DNA of 50,527 bases, from the NCBI GenBank assembly GCA_964560275.1, contig CAZLLG010000001.1, positions 1 to 50,527 on the forward strand. Direction: 5' to 3'. This DNA is from an uncultured Eubacteriales bacterium. GTDB taxonomy: Bacteria > Acidobacteriota > Aminicenantia > Aminicenantales > Aminicenantaceae. Positions within the stretch are counted from its first letter, which is position 1. Each line of letters starts with the position of its first letter. The notes under the pieces were generated by a model. The model did no database searches, was not told the origin of the DNA, and worked only from the letters and a program-made list of their open reading frames with translations. Position numbers and translations under genes: made by a program. Shown one piece after another: positions 36,280 through 45,434 of this stretch.

Positions 36280-37482
36280 ATGGACAGGGCAAAGATCACC
36301 TCTGAATTGAGCGTCAAAACACCTTCTAAGATCGTTCTCCTGGTTTTGGACGGACTGGGAGGCCTGCCTCTAAACGGACAAACAGCCCTGCAAGCTGCAA
36401 AAACTCCCAACCTCGACACGTTGGCTGCTCAAAGTGTTTGCGGTCTCACTGATCCTGTTTATAAGGGGATCACTCCCGGAAGTGGTCCGGCCCATCTCTC
36501 ACTTTTTGGGTACGATCCAACCCAGTACATCCTAGGCAGGGGCATACTCGAAGCAATGGGTGTTGGCATTGACGTGGCGACAGATGACCTTGTCGCACGG
36601 GGAAATTTCGCCACATTATCAAACGGCCTTATCATGGACCGAAGAGCCGGGAGGATTCCTACCAGTAAAAATACCGATCTCTGTGAAAAAATCAATCAAG
36701 AATTGGAATCCATCGAGGAGACAGACGCAACCCTGTTCCCTGGGAAGGAACACCGGTTTGTTGTCAGGTTTAGAGGAACCGGGCTTTCAGCCTCTCTAAG
36801 TGACGCTGATCCTCAAAAGGATAATCATCCCCCTGTGTACACCATAGCCCAGGAAGAGGAAGCCAAGCGAGCTGCGAAGGTCGTGAATGTTTTCATCGAC
36901 AAAACGACTGAACTCTTGCAAGATTCCCCAATAGCCAATACCGTTCTTCTCCGGGGATTTTCAAAGTTCCCCTCGCTGCCGACCTTAAACAGCCTGTTCC
37001 ATCTGTCTCCGGTCGCCGTGGCGCATTACCCTATGTACAAGGGATTGGCCAAGCTTGTCGGCATGGACGTTGCTGAAGTTGGGCCAAACATCGAAGACGT
37101 CTTCACAAAGGCCGAAAAAATCTACACGGACTACAACTTTTTTTACTTGCATGTAAAAAAACCGGACGCAGCCGGTGAAGACGGTAATTATGAAGAGAAG
37201 ATATCTGCCATTTCAGAAGCCGACGTTTTTATCCCCAGACTTTTGGCTCTCAAACCCGATGTGCTCGTAGTGACGTCCGACCATTCCACTCCCTGTCTGC
37301 TCAAATCCCACTCTTGGCACCCCAACCCTTTTCTCCTTCATTCACGTGCTTCCCAGCGAGATCAGGTCTCGGCGTTCTCTGAAACACAGTGTGCTTCAGG
37401 ATATCTGGGCCGTTTCCCGGCTCTTCACGCCATGACACTTATGTTGGCCCATGCAGAAAAACTGAAAAAATATGGGGCCTGA
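36280..37482 (+). CDS. apgM: cofactor-independent phosphoglycerate mutase, archaeal-type (ApgM family)
   Basis: 400-aa ORF with LLVLDGLGG, TPNLD, PGSGPAHLSLFGYDP, DRRAGRI and TSDHSTP motifs of the alkaline-phosphatase-superfamily ApgM. Confidence 0.85.
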   Translation: MDRAKITSELSVKTPSKIVLLVLDGLGGLPLNGQTALQAAKTPNLDTLAAQSVCGLTDPVYKGITPGSGPAHLSLFGYDPTQYILGRGILEAMGVGIDVATDDLVARGNFATLSNGLIMDRRAGRIPTSKNTDLCEKINQELESIEETDATLFPGKEHRFVVRFRGTGLSASLSDADPQKDNHPPVYTIAQEEEAKRAAKVVNVFIDKTTELLQDSPIANTVLLRGFSKFPSLPTLNSLFHLSPVAVAHYPMYKGLAKLVGMDVAEVGPNIEDVFTKAEKIYTDYNFFYLHVKKPDAAGEDGNYEEKISAISEADVFIPRLLALKPDVLVVTSDHSTPCLLKSHSWHPNPFLLHSRASQRDQVSAFSETQCASGYLGRFPALHAMTLMLAHAEKLKKYGA

Positions 37483-37500
37483 AGCCACAGTAGTATAAAA

Positions 37501-38682
37501 ATGCAAAAACCCAAGATATTATTTTTTCTGCTAGGGCTGCTGTTCATGTGTGCCTCTCATGTGCTTCTCATCTCGCAGGGTGACTCCCGTGTTGAAATCA
37601 CCAACCTGCGCTATCACACTCACCCCACCTTCACCCGGATTGTCATAGACATCGGACAGCTCAGAGAGTATACCTCCAATCAACTGGTCTCACCTGGCCG
37701 GGTTTATGTCGATATTTACCAAACAATACTCACTCCCCTTCTCCAGGGCAGAATCATCAAAGTCGATAACGCCTACATCAACCAGATCCGGATTGCTCAG
37801 AGAACCAATACAACTGTCAGAGTCGTCGTAGATGTAGACATTAATTCGGTCAAGCGCTACAACGTGTTCCCTCTCCTAAATCCTTTCCGGATCGTTATCG
37901 ACATCTACCCAAAAGAATCCTCTTCGACGACTCCCTCTCCGAAAGTCAACAAGCCAGCCAAACCCACATCTTCCGGCTACAGTATGACCCGGCAGCTTGG
38001 TCTGGGGATCCAGCGGATCGTCATCGATCCAGGACATGGGGGGAGAGATCCCGGGTGCATCGGAAAAGAAAACACCTATGAAAAGGATATCGTCCTTGAT
38101 GTCTGTTCCCGCCTGAAAAATCTCCTCCTCCAGAACAAAGGGCTCGAAATCATCCTCACAAGGGAAACAGACATCTCTATCCCCCTAGAAAACAGGGCCG
38201 TCATCGCCAATGAAAAAAAAGCGGATATTTTTATCTCCGTTCATGCGAACTCCTTCCCAAACAAAAAACGTGCCGGAGTGGAAACGTATTACCTCAATTT
38301 CAACCAGGATCCGGATGTACTCAAGGTCGCCGCCCAAGAGAACGCGACCACCACCAAAAATATCAGCCAGCAGAGAGAAATTCTTGAAAAGATCATCCGC
38401 ACTAATAAACTCATGGAGTCTAGAGATCTCGCCAACCGTCTGCAAAAAAGTCTGGTGACACGGCTCGCATCCAAGTATCAAGGGATTAAAAATTTGGGTG
38501 TCAAGGGAGGCCCTTTCTGGGTACTTATAGGTGGAGAAATGCCGTCAATTCTTGTAGAAATCTCCCATCTCAGCAATCCTCAGGAAGAGGCGCGGCTCAA
38601 CACGACGCAATACCGTCAAACAGTCGCGCAAGGACTCTATGAAGGAATCTTGGAGTACATACAATCACTTGGAAAAGGATAA
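37501..38682 (+). CDS. N-acetylmuramoyl-L-alanine amidase (AMIN + Amidase_3)
   Basis: 393-aa ORF with an N-terminal hydrophobic signal, an AMIN-like region (TRIVIDI...RVVVDV) and an amidase core (IVIDPGHGGRDPG, ISVHANS). Confidence 0.85.
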   Translation: MQKPKILFFLLGLLFMCASHVLLISQGDSRVEITNLRYHTHPTFTRIVIDIGQLREYTSNQLVSPGRVYVDIYQTILTPLLQGRIIKVDNAYINQIRIAQRTNTTVRVVVDVDINSVKRYNVFPLLNPFRIVIDIYPKESSSTTPSPKVNKPAKPTSSGYSMTRQLGLGIQRIVIDPGHGGRDPGCIGKENTYEKDIVLDVCSRLKNLLLQNKGLEIILTRETDISIPLENRAVIANEKKADIFISVHANSFPNKKRAGVETYYLNFNQDPDVLKVAAQENATTTKNISQQREILEKIIRTNKLMESRDLANRLQKSLVTRLASKYQGIKNLGVKGGPFWVLIGGEMPSILVEISHLSNPQEEARLNTTQYRQTVAQGLYEGILEYIQSLGKG

Positions 38683-38688
38683 TCGTCA

Positions 38689-39576
38689 ATGAAAAGAAGA
38701 GAATTTATCAAGGATCTTGCCATCGGAGGAGTGATCCTCAACCTGAATCCCCTTGTATTGGGTCAAGGAAAAAATATGCCTGATTTGGCCGTAATTCAAG
38801 GAGACTCTCCAGCCCATATAACACAAGAGGCCATTGCAGCACTGGGTGGAATGAACCAGTTTGTCTCAAAAGGTGACAAAGTGATGGTGAAACCCAACAT
38901 CGGTTGGGACAGGACTCCTGAACAGGGGGCCTGCACCAATCCCGAAGTTGTTAAAACTCTTGTCGAGCTCTGCTTTGACGCAGGTGCTAAACAGGTCACG
39001 GTCATGGACAATCCCTGTAATCCCGCCCAAAGGACATATGTCCGTTCAGGGATTGCCAAGGCCGCCAAGGATGCCGGAGCAAAGGTGCCCTTTCCCAACA
39101 AATACAAGTTGAAAAAATTGGCCCTCAAAGGGGAGTGGTTTAAAGAATGGGAGATCTACACGGACTTCGTCGAGGTGGACAAGATCATCAATGTCCCTGC
39201 GGCGAAAACTCACAGCTTATCGAGGATCACGCTGGGCATGAAAAACTGGCTGGGGGCCCTAGGAGGCAACCGCAATCAACTTCATCAAAATCTTGACTAT
39301 GCTATGGTCGATCTCTCCAGATTCTTTAAGCCCACTCTAACTGTACTCGATGCCTATCGCCTGTTGATCCGAAATGGACCGCAGGGCGGACGGCTTTCAG
39401 ATGTTAAAGTTTTTAAAACAATTGTTGCCGGTGTGGACTATGTCGCCGTTGATTCCATGGGGGCATCCTTTTTCGACATCAAACCCGATGAATTACCTTA
39501 TCTACAGTTGTCCAAGGACAGGGGATTGGGGAAAATTGACCTGGAGAAACTCCGTGTTGAAAAAAGAACGGTCTAA
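38689..39576 (+). CDS. DUF362 domain protein with twin-arginine (Tat) signal
   Basis: 295-aa ORF. MKRREFIKDLAIGGVILNL is a Tat-type signal. The KGDKVMVKPNIG and VPAAKTH motifs are typical of DUF362. Confidence 0.8.
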   Translation: MKRREFIKDLAIGGVILNLNPLVLGQGKNMPDLAVIQGDSPAHITQEAIAALGGMNQFVSKGDKVMVKPNIGWDRTPEQGACTNPEVVKTLVELCFDAGAKQVTVMDNPCNPAQRTYVRSGIAKAAKDAGAKVPFPNKYKLKKLALKGEWFKEWEIYTDFVEVDKIINVPAAKTHSLSRITLGMKNWLGALGGNRNQLHQNLDYAMVDLSRFFKPTLTVLDAYRLLIRNGPQGGRLSDVKVFKTIVAGVDYVAVDSMGASFFDIKPDELPYLQLSKDRGLGKIDLEKLRVEKRTV

Positions 39577-41185
39577 AAAATACAAACTTATCCAGATATT
39601 AAGAATTATTACACAGATCGTCTTTTTCGGCCTTTTCTTTTTCCTCCTCATACAAACCCGATTCCCAGGACAGGATTACATCCGCCGGGTGGAAGTTTTT
39701 TTCCATTTCGATCCGCTTTTGGCTACAGCTACTTTTATCGCTTCCAGGGCCATCTTTCTCGGCTTCATTTACGCCGTTATCACACTCTTAGTCACCTTGG
39801 TTTTGGGACGAGTGGTGTGCGGTTGGGTTTGTCCTATGGGATCTCTGCATCAGTTTTTTTCATGGCTCTTCAAAAAGACCAAACTCTTCCGCCCGCAGAG
39901 ATTAAAAACATTTAAAGACAAGCGCCTAGTTTGGAAATATTATCTTCTTCTTTTCCTTTTGGTCAGCACACTCTTTACTCTGGATTTAGTAGGAATTTTT
40001 GATCCTCTCTCTCTCCTCTACCGATCTTTTGCTGTCGGCATCCTGCCGGCTGCCGATTTTGCAGTCGAGAACCTGATTGGCCTCGTTTACAAAGCCAATC
40101 TCTATTCCATCGGTGACGGGCTTGTTCAATTTTTTGAAACCTTGGCCATTAATGCCACCTTTGTCCAAGGTTTTTTGATCGCTGCTATATTCATCGGTTT
40201 GGTGTTTCTGAATATGCATAGGGAACGATTCTGGTGCCGGTATCTCTGTCCTCTCGGTGCTTTTCTCGGCTTAGCCAGCCGCTTTAACCTTCTGAAGCTT
40301 AAAGTGTCAGAAAAAAAATGTATCGAGTGCAACCTGTGCACTATCCACTGCCAAACATTGGCCAATCCCTGGCCTGAACAAGATTGGAAAAGCTCTGAGT
40401 GCGATTATTGTTTCACCTGTGCCGCGATCTGCCCGACAAGTGCAATCACCTTTCCCATAAAAGCCAAATCCGAAAGCATAGAATCCGTCGATCTGTCCCG
40501 CCGGAAAGTTATCTTGACTTCAATCTTGAGCGTTGTCGCCGTGCCCTTCTTCCGGATTTCTCCAGCAAAAACCCGTGCATCGGATAAATTGATACGGCCG
40601 CCTGGAGCTCTACCTGAAGATCAGTTTCTTCAGAAATGTGTCCGATGTGGTGAATGCATGAAGGTCTGTCCCACCAACGCCCTGCAACCCACCTGGGCAG
40701 AGGCCGGGCCAGAAGGGCTTTGGACACCCATGCTCGTTCCTAAGATTGGATACTGTGAATACTACTGTTCTCTCTGCACACAGGTCTGTCCCACGGGCGC
40801 TATCAAAGAGCTGTCGATAACCGCTAAAAATCAGGTTTGCATTGGAACGGCCTGGATCGATAAGAACCGCTGTATACCCTGGAAATTCGGGGACTCCTGC
40901 ATCGTCTGTGAAGAGCACTGCCCGGTCTCCCCAAAGGCGATCAAGTTCATAACAATCGAAGTGGCTAGACCGGACGGAGTGATCAAGACTCCGCTGGCTC
41001 CACAAATCGTTGTGGACAGCTGTACGGGATGCGGCATATGTGAAACCAAATGCCCTGTGGTCGATTTGCCGGCTGTCTACGTGACAAGCGTGGGAGAAAC
41101 ACGATCAGAGCAAAATAAGATGAAACTTGATTTGATCCAGCCCGATTTCAATATTACGGATCCAGGCGCCGACATCTACAAATAA
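39554..41185 (+). CDS. membrane-bound polyferredoxin (NapH/MauN-like TM domain plus multiple 4Fe-4S motifs)
   Basis: The ORF-track start (39374) lies 203 nt inside the DUF362 gene. An in-frame GTG at 39554 has GGAG 7 nt upstream. The protein has TM helices with CGWVCPMG and CRYLCPLG, plus about six CxxCxxCxxxCP-type clusters. Confidence 0.8.
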   Translation: MLKKERSKKYKLIQILRIITQIVFFGLFFFLLIQTRFPGQDYIRRVEVFFHFDPLLATATFIASRAIFLGFIYAVITLLVTLVLGRVVCGWVCPMGSLHQFFSWLFKKTKLFRPQRLKTFKDKRLVWKYYLLLFLLVSTLFTLDLVGIFDPLSLLYRSFAVGILPAADFAVENLIGLVYKANLYSIGDGLVQFFETLAINATFVQGFLIAAIFIGLVFLNMHRERFWCRYLCPLGAFLGLASRFNLLKLKVSEKKCIECNLCTIHCQTLANPWPEQDWKSSECDYCFTCAAICPTSAITFPIKAKSESIESVDLSRRKVILTSILSVVAVPFFRISPAKTRASDKLIRPPGALPEDQFLQKCVRCGECMKVCPTNALQPTWAEAGPEGLWTPMLVPKIGYCEYYCSLCTQVCPTGAIKELSITAKNQVCIGTAWIDKNRCIPWKFGDSCIVCEEHCPVSPKAIKFITIEVARPDGVIKTPLAPQIVVDSCTGCGICETKCPVVDLPAVYVTSVGETRSEQNKMKLDLIQPDFNITDPGADIYK

Positions 41186-41205
41186 ACTTCCCATTTATCT
41201 TAGAA

Positions 41206-41296
41206 TCAGACCCGTGACCCGTTACGCATTCTGCCTCCATCACATACGAATGTGTATGGAGACAGACATACGACGTCCATCTGACTCAACTGAAGG
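41206..41296 (+). repeat. left-half copy (R3) of the R1 element
   Basis: It aligns with 15364-15451. Shared blocks are ACCC.TTACG, CCATC, a hairpin, and TGGAGACAGA-3 nt-ACGACGTCCATC-8 nt-CTGAAGG at identical spacing. It lies between convergent genes. Confidence 0.45.
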
Positions 41297-41306
41297 AATC
41301 CTTATT

Positions 41307-42284
41307 TTATTCTGTGAGGAGTTTTTTGAATTCTTCTTTGAGTGCCGGGACGACTTGGAAGAGATCGCCGATCACGCCGAAGTCGGCCACTTTAAAAATC
41401 GGGGCTTCTGGATCCTTGTTGACCGCAACTATGAACTTCGATGAGGACATCCCTGCCATGTGTTGTATGGCTCCCGAAACACCAATTGCAAAATAGATGT
41501 TCGGAGACACTGTTTTTCCAGTCTGTCCGACCTGATGCTGGTGATCGACCCATCCGGCATCCACGGCTGAACGGGATGCCCCAACAGCAGAATGAGGAAG
41601 AATGGATGTGAGATCCCGGAGCAAATCAAAGTTTTCCGGGCCCTTCATCCCGCGTCCTCCTGAAACCACAATTTCCGCTTCAGTCACATCTAAAGCCGTG
41701 CCTTCCGCTTTGAGAAGTTCGGCAACCTGATCCTTAACATTGTCTTCGGCCAAAACCACCTCTCTTTTGACCGTTTCCCCTGGGGTGTCGATGGGATCAA
41801 TTAGAGGAAAAACATTGGGCCGGAGAGAGGCCATCTGGGGCGAAGCTTTAAAGCTGAATGTGGCAAAGGCTTTGCCTGCATAAATTGGCCGAACGACTTC
41901 TAGCTTTCCTCCGTTTGCCGTCAACTTGATACAATCTGTGGCTAGACTCACTCCAAGGGCTGCCGCCAATCGAGGCGCCAGATCTTTGCCCATTGCGGTT
42001 GCCGCGAAGAGGACAACAGCAGGATTGAGTTCATCAATCAAACTCTTTAGAGCAAAGGCATATCCTGAGGGAGAATAGTGACTGAGCAGCGTATTCTCCA
42101 GAACAAATACCTTTGAGGCCCCAAAGCGAAAGACTTCGGGAGCAAGGGCCTCTACATTGTGTCCTACGATTGCCGCCGCAACCTCCACATTCATCTCATC
42201 GGCCAGCCGCTTGGCTTCTGAAAGAGCCTCCAATGAAGATTTCTTGACTTTCCCTTCCCTGATTTCTATATAAACTAAAAACAT
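41307..42284 (-). CDS. etfA: electron transfer flavoprotein subunit alpha
   Basis: 325-aa ORF with the C-terminal FAD-binding signature (VVSGGRG, YFAIGVSGAIQHMAGM, IVAVNKDPEAPIF). Confidence 0.9.
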   Translation of the reverse strand: MFLVYIEIREGKVKKSSLEALSEAKRLADEMNVEVAAAIVGHNVEALAPEVFRFGASKVFVLENTLLSHYSPSGYAFALKSLIDELNPAVVLFAATAMGKDLAPRLAAALGVSLATDCIKLTANGGKLEVVRPIYAGKAFATFSFKASPQMASLRPNVFPLIDPIDTPGETVKREVVLAEDNVKDQVAELLKAEGTALDVTEAEIVVSGGRGMKGPENFDLLRDLTSILPHSAVGASRSAVDAGWVDHQHQVGQTGKTVSPNIYFAIGVSGAIQHMAGMSSSKFIVAVNKDPEAPIFKVADFGVIGDLFQVVPALKEEFKKLLTE

Positions 42285-42293
42285 TTTATCCTC

Positions 42294-43079
42294 CTATAGA
42301 ACCTTCGCTTCTTCCCTCAAATAAACGACAATTTTTTTTGCCGCCACTTCTGGTTCCTCTTCGATGACCTTTCCGGCTTCGCGTGGGGGAGGGCTCTCCA
42401 TTTTGATCAGCTTGAGTTTGGGATCTAGCAAATCCCCATCGAGGCCGAGATCCTTTACATCAATAACAGGGATGTCCTTCCTCTTAGCTGCCATTATTCC
42501 CTTCAATGTTTCATAACGGGGCTCGTTCAGTCCTTTTTGAGCGCTGATAACGGCGGGAAGAGAAAAGGCGACTTTTTCCACTGCGCCCTCGATTTCTCGG
42601 CGTGCGCTACCACTATTTCCATCAATATCCAGCTTGGTCACGACATTGATCTGAGGAAGACCCAGAAGTTCTGCCACCATCGATGGGACCTGGGAATTGT
42701 CGGCTCCAACGGACTGCTTTCCGAATAAAAGAAGGTTATAATCTGAATATTTTGTTTTAAGGGCTTGGACAAGAATGCGAGAAATTCGCAGCCCATCATA
42801 TGTTTCTGCCATTTCATCCTTCAAAAGCACGGCCTCATCCACACCCATGGCCAACGCCTTTTTCAGGATTGGGATGGTGTCATCCGAACCTACAGAAAAC
42901 ACAGTGACGGTTGCCTCCCCGGCTTCTTTAAGACGGAGGGCTTCTTCGACGGCATATTCATCATAGGGATTGATCACAAAGCTCAATCCTTCTTCTATGA
43001 TGCTGTTGGCTTCATGATCTATCCTGATTTTTGATTCGGTATCCGGAACTTTTTTAACAAACACAAAGATTTTCACTTT
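42294..43079 (-). CDS. etfB: electron transfer flavoprotein subunit beta
   Basis: The ORF-track ATG (43088) is itself part of the GGAGG Shine-Dalgarno. A GTG at 43079, 5 nt after GGAGG, gives the canonical MKIFVFVKKVPD N-terminus. Confidence 0.9.
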   Translation of the reverse strand, partial: KVKIFVFVKKVPDTESKIRIDHEANSIIEEGLSFVINPYDEYAVEEALRLKEAGEATVTVFSVGSDDTIPILKKALAMGVDEAVLLKDEMAETYDGLRISRILVQALKTKYSDYNLLLFGKQSVGADNSQVPSMVAELLGLPQINVVTKLDIDGNSGSARREIEGAVEKVAFSLPAVISAQKGLNEPRYETLKGIMAAKRKDIPVIDVKDLGLDGDLLDPKLKLIKMESPPPREAGKVIEEEPEVAAKKIVVYLREEAKVL

Positions 43080-43135
43080 AACCTCCATATAAGGGCGTTA
43101 TTAAAATAGAAAAAACATTATATTTTTCCCAAAAA

Positions 43136-44386
43136 TTAGAAGCGTTTCAGGAGAAGCGTGGCGTTTGTTCCTCCAAAACCAAAGGAATTGGTCAGGCCAA
43201 AACCTACGTCCGCCTTCCGTGCCGTATTGGGAACGTAATCCAGATCACATTCTGGATCAGGGATATCATAATTGATTGTAGGCGGGATGATTTGATTTTT
43301 TAGTACCAAGGCTGTGACTCCCGCTTCAATGCCTCCCGCAGCCCCTAAAAGATGCCCAGTCATGGATTTTGTGGAATTGACGGCAATCTTGTAGGCACGA
43401 TCTCCAAAAACTTTTTTGATGGCCAGAGTCTCAATTTTGTCGTTGTATAATGTTGATGTGCCGTGGGCATTGATGTAATCGACAGATTCAGAAGGGATTC
43501 CGGCATCTCTGATAGCCTCCCTCATCGACATCTGAGCTCCGGCCCCATCCTCCTGGGGAGAGGATACATGATAGGCATCCCCGCTCATCCCATAGCCGAT
43601 GAGTTCAGCATAAATTTTAGCCCCTCGGTTTTTCGCGGTTTCCAGCTCTTCTAGCAGAAGGATGCCTGCCCCTTCTGACATGACAAATCCGTCTCTGTTT
43701 TTGTCGAAGGGCCGGGACGCCCTTTCGGGTTCATCGTTTCGGGTTGAAATGGCTCTCATGGCACAGAATCCCGCCATTCCAAGGGGTGTCAGAGGAGCTT
43801 CCGCTCCCCCGGCAATCATCCGATCCGCATCTCCTCGGGCAATAATTCGAAAGGCATCTCCAATAGAATGAGAGCTTGTAGAACAAGCTGTGGCTGTGGC
43901 CGAATTGGGTCCTTTTGACTTAAACCGGATTGAGATCTGCCCAGAGGCTTCATTGATTATCGTCGAGATCAAAAAAAAGGGGGAAACCCTGGTTGGCCCC
44001 TTTTCAAGGAGAATCTTATGGGTTCTCTCGATCTCCCCGATCCCCCCAATCCCAGAGCCTACATAAACGCCCGTCCGTTCTCCGGCAAGAGCCTCGGGAT
44101 CGATCCCAGAAAAATCGACGGCCAATTGAGCCGCAACTATCGCATACTGGATAAAAAGGTCCATTTTTCGGGCCTCTTTCCTGTCGATGAACTGGAGGGA
44201 ATCAAAATCCTTAATCTCTCCTGCGATTGTCGTCGTGTATCCGGTTGTATCGAATCTGGTTAGGTGCCCAATTCCGCTTTTTCCTTCAAGCAGTGAGGTC
44301 CAAGTGTTCTCCGTCCCCACGCCTAAGGCAGAAACCAGCCCGATTCCAGTGACAACGACTCTGCGATTAGGAGGATTCTGTCCCAT
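43136..44386 (-). CDS. fabF: beta-ketoacyl-ACP synthase II
   Basis: 416-aa ORF with the active-site region ATACSTSSHSIG, the HGTST motif and a GFGGTNA terminus. Confidence 0.95.
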   Translation of the reverse strand: MGQNPPNRRVVVTGIGLVSALGVGTENTWTSLLEGKSGIGHLTRFDTTGYTTTIAGEIKDFDSLQFIDRKEARKMDLFIQYAIVAAQLAVDFSGIDPEALAGERTGVYVGSGIGGIGEIERTHKILLEKGPTRVSPFFLISTIINEASGQISIRFKSKGPNSATATACSTSSHSIGDAFRIIARGDADRMIAGGAEAPLTPLGMAGFCAMRAISTRNDEPERASRPFDKNRDGFVMSEGAGILLLEELETAKNRGAKIYAELIGYGMSGDAYHVSSPQEDGAGAQMSMREAIRDAGIPSESVDYINAHGTSTLYNDKIETLAIKKVFGDRAYKIAVNSTKSMTGHLLGAAGGIEAGVTALVLKNQIIPPTINYDIPDPECDLDYVPNTARKADVGFGLTNSFGFGGTNATLLLKRF

Positions 44387-44407
44387 GCTTTAAATAAAAA
44401 GGATCGA

Positions 44408-44650
44408 TTATTTTATTTTTTCTAAAACGTAATCCATCGCTCCGCCAACAGTGGTGAGTTTTTCGGCGGCTTCATCAGGAATGTCCATATCGAATTCATC
44501 TTCAAGGGCCATGACCAACTCGACTGTATCCAGTGAATCGGCACCCAAATCATCGATGAAAGATGCTTCTTCGGTGATCTGATCTTCACTGATGCTCAGC
44601 TTATCAGCCACGATGGACTTTATTTTTTTCATCAATTCTTCTCTTTCCAT
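44408..44650 (-). CDS. acpP: acyl carrier protein
   Basis: 80-aa ORF with the [16 protein letters not shown] phosphopantetheine site. Confidence 0.95.
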   Translation of the reverse strand: MEREELMKKIKSIVADKLSISEDQITEEASFIDDLGADSLDTVELVMALEDEFDMDIPDEAAEKLTTVGGAMDYVLEKIK

Positions 44651-44692
44651 TTTTTCCTCCTCCGTAAAGAATTATTCCATAGATTTTATCTG

Positions 44693-45433
44693 TCACATAA
44701 GCATTCCACCATTGATGCCTATGACCTGACCTGTTATATATGCGGCCTCATCAGAGACCAAAAATTTAACCATGTGGGCCACGTCCACTGGGGTGCCAAA
44801 TCTTTTCATGGGGATGAGGTCGACAAATGCTTCTTTGATGGAATCAGGAAGGGCTTCTGTCATGGCCGTCGCGATATAGCCTGGAGCGATAGCATTGACT
44901 GTAATCCCCCTTGCTGCCACTTCGCGAGCCATAGATTTAGTCAGACCGATTACTCCGGCTTTGGAAGCAGAATAATTTGTTTGTCCGGCATTCCCCATCA
45001 CACCAACAACAGAAGAAAGATTTACGATGCGTCCATACCGGTTGGAGATCATATGCCGGATGACCGCCTTGGAGAAATTGAATACACCTTTCAAATTTAC
45101 GGCAATAACGGCATCCCACTCGTCTTCATTCATTCTCATCAGCAGGTTATCCCGTGTGATTCCCGCATTATTGACAACAAAATCGATCCTCTGGAATTTT
45201 TCAATCATAGACTTGACGGTCTCATTGACCAAGTCGAATCGAGACACATCCACACCAAAGGCCGTTGCTTTCCCGCCAGCCTTCTTTATCTTATCCACAA
45301 CAACATCGAGTTTGTCTATTTGCACATCCACTAGGAGAACTTCTGCCAGCCCTCCGGCAAGTTCAAGGGCAATCGATTCTCCGATCCCCTGAGAAGCACC
45401 CGTAACAATTCCTATCTTGTTTTCCAAAGACAT
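44693..45433 (-). CDS. fabG: 3-oxoacyl-ACP reductase
   Basis: 246-aa SDR with TGASQGIG, NNAG and YSASKAG motifs. It lies between plsX and acpP. Confidence 0.9.
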   Translation of the reverse strand: MSLENKIGIVTGASQGIGESIALELAGGLAEVLLVDVQIDKLDVVVDKIKKAGGKATAFGVDVSRFDLVNETVKSMIEKFQRIDFVVNNAGITRDNLLMRMNEDEWDAVIAVNLKGVFNFSKAVIRHMISNRYGRIVNLSSVVGVMGNAGQTNYSASKAGVIGLTKSMAREVAARGITVNAIAPGYIATAMTEALPDSIKEAFVDLIPMKRFGTPVDVAHMVKFLVSDEAAYITGQVIGINGGMLM

Positions 45434-45434
45434 G

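Noticed and set aside
39374-39553. N-terminal 60 codons of the ORF-track polyferredoxin model.
   Set aside because: They overlap the DUF362 gene by 203 nt. A GTG with GGAG 7 nt upstream at 39554 starts just before the first TM helix.
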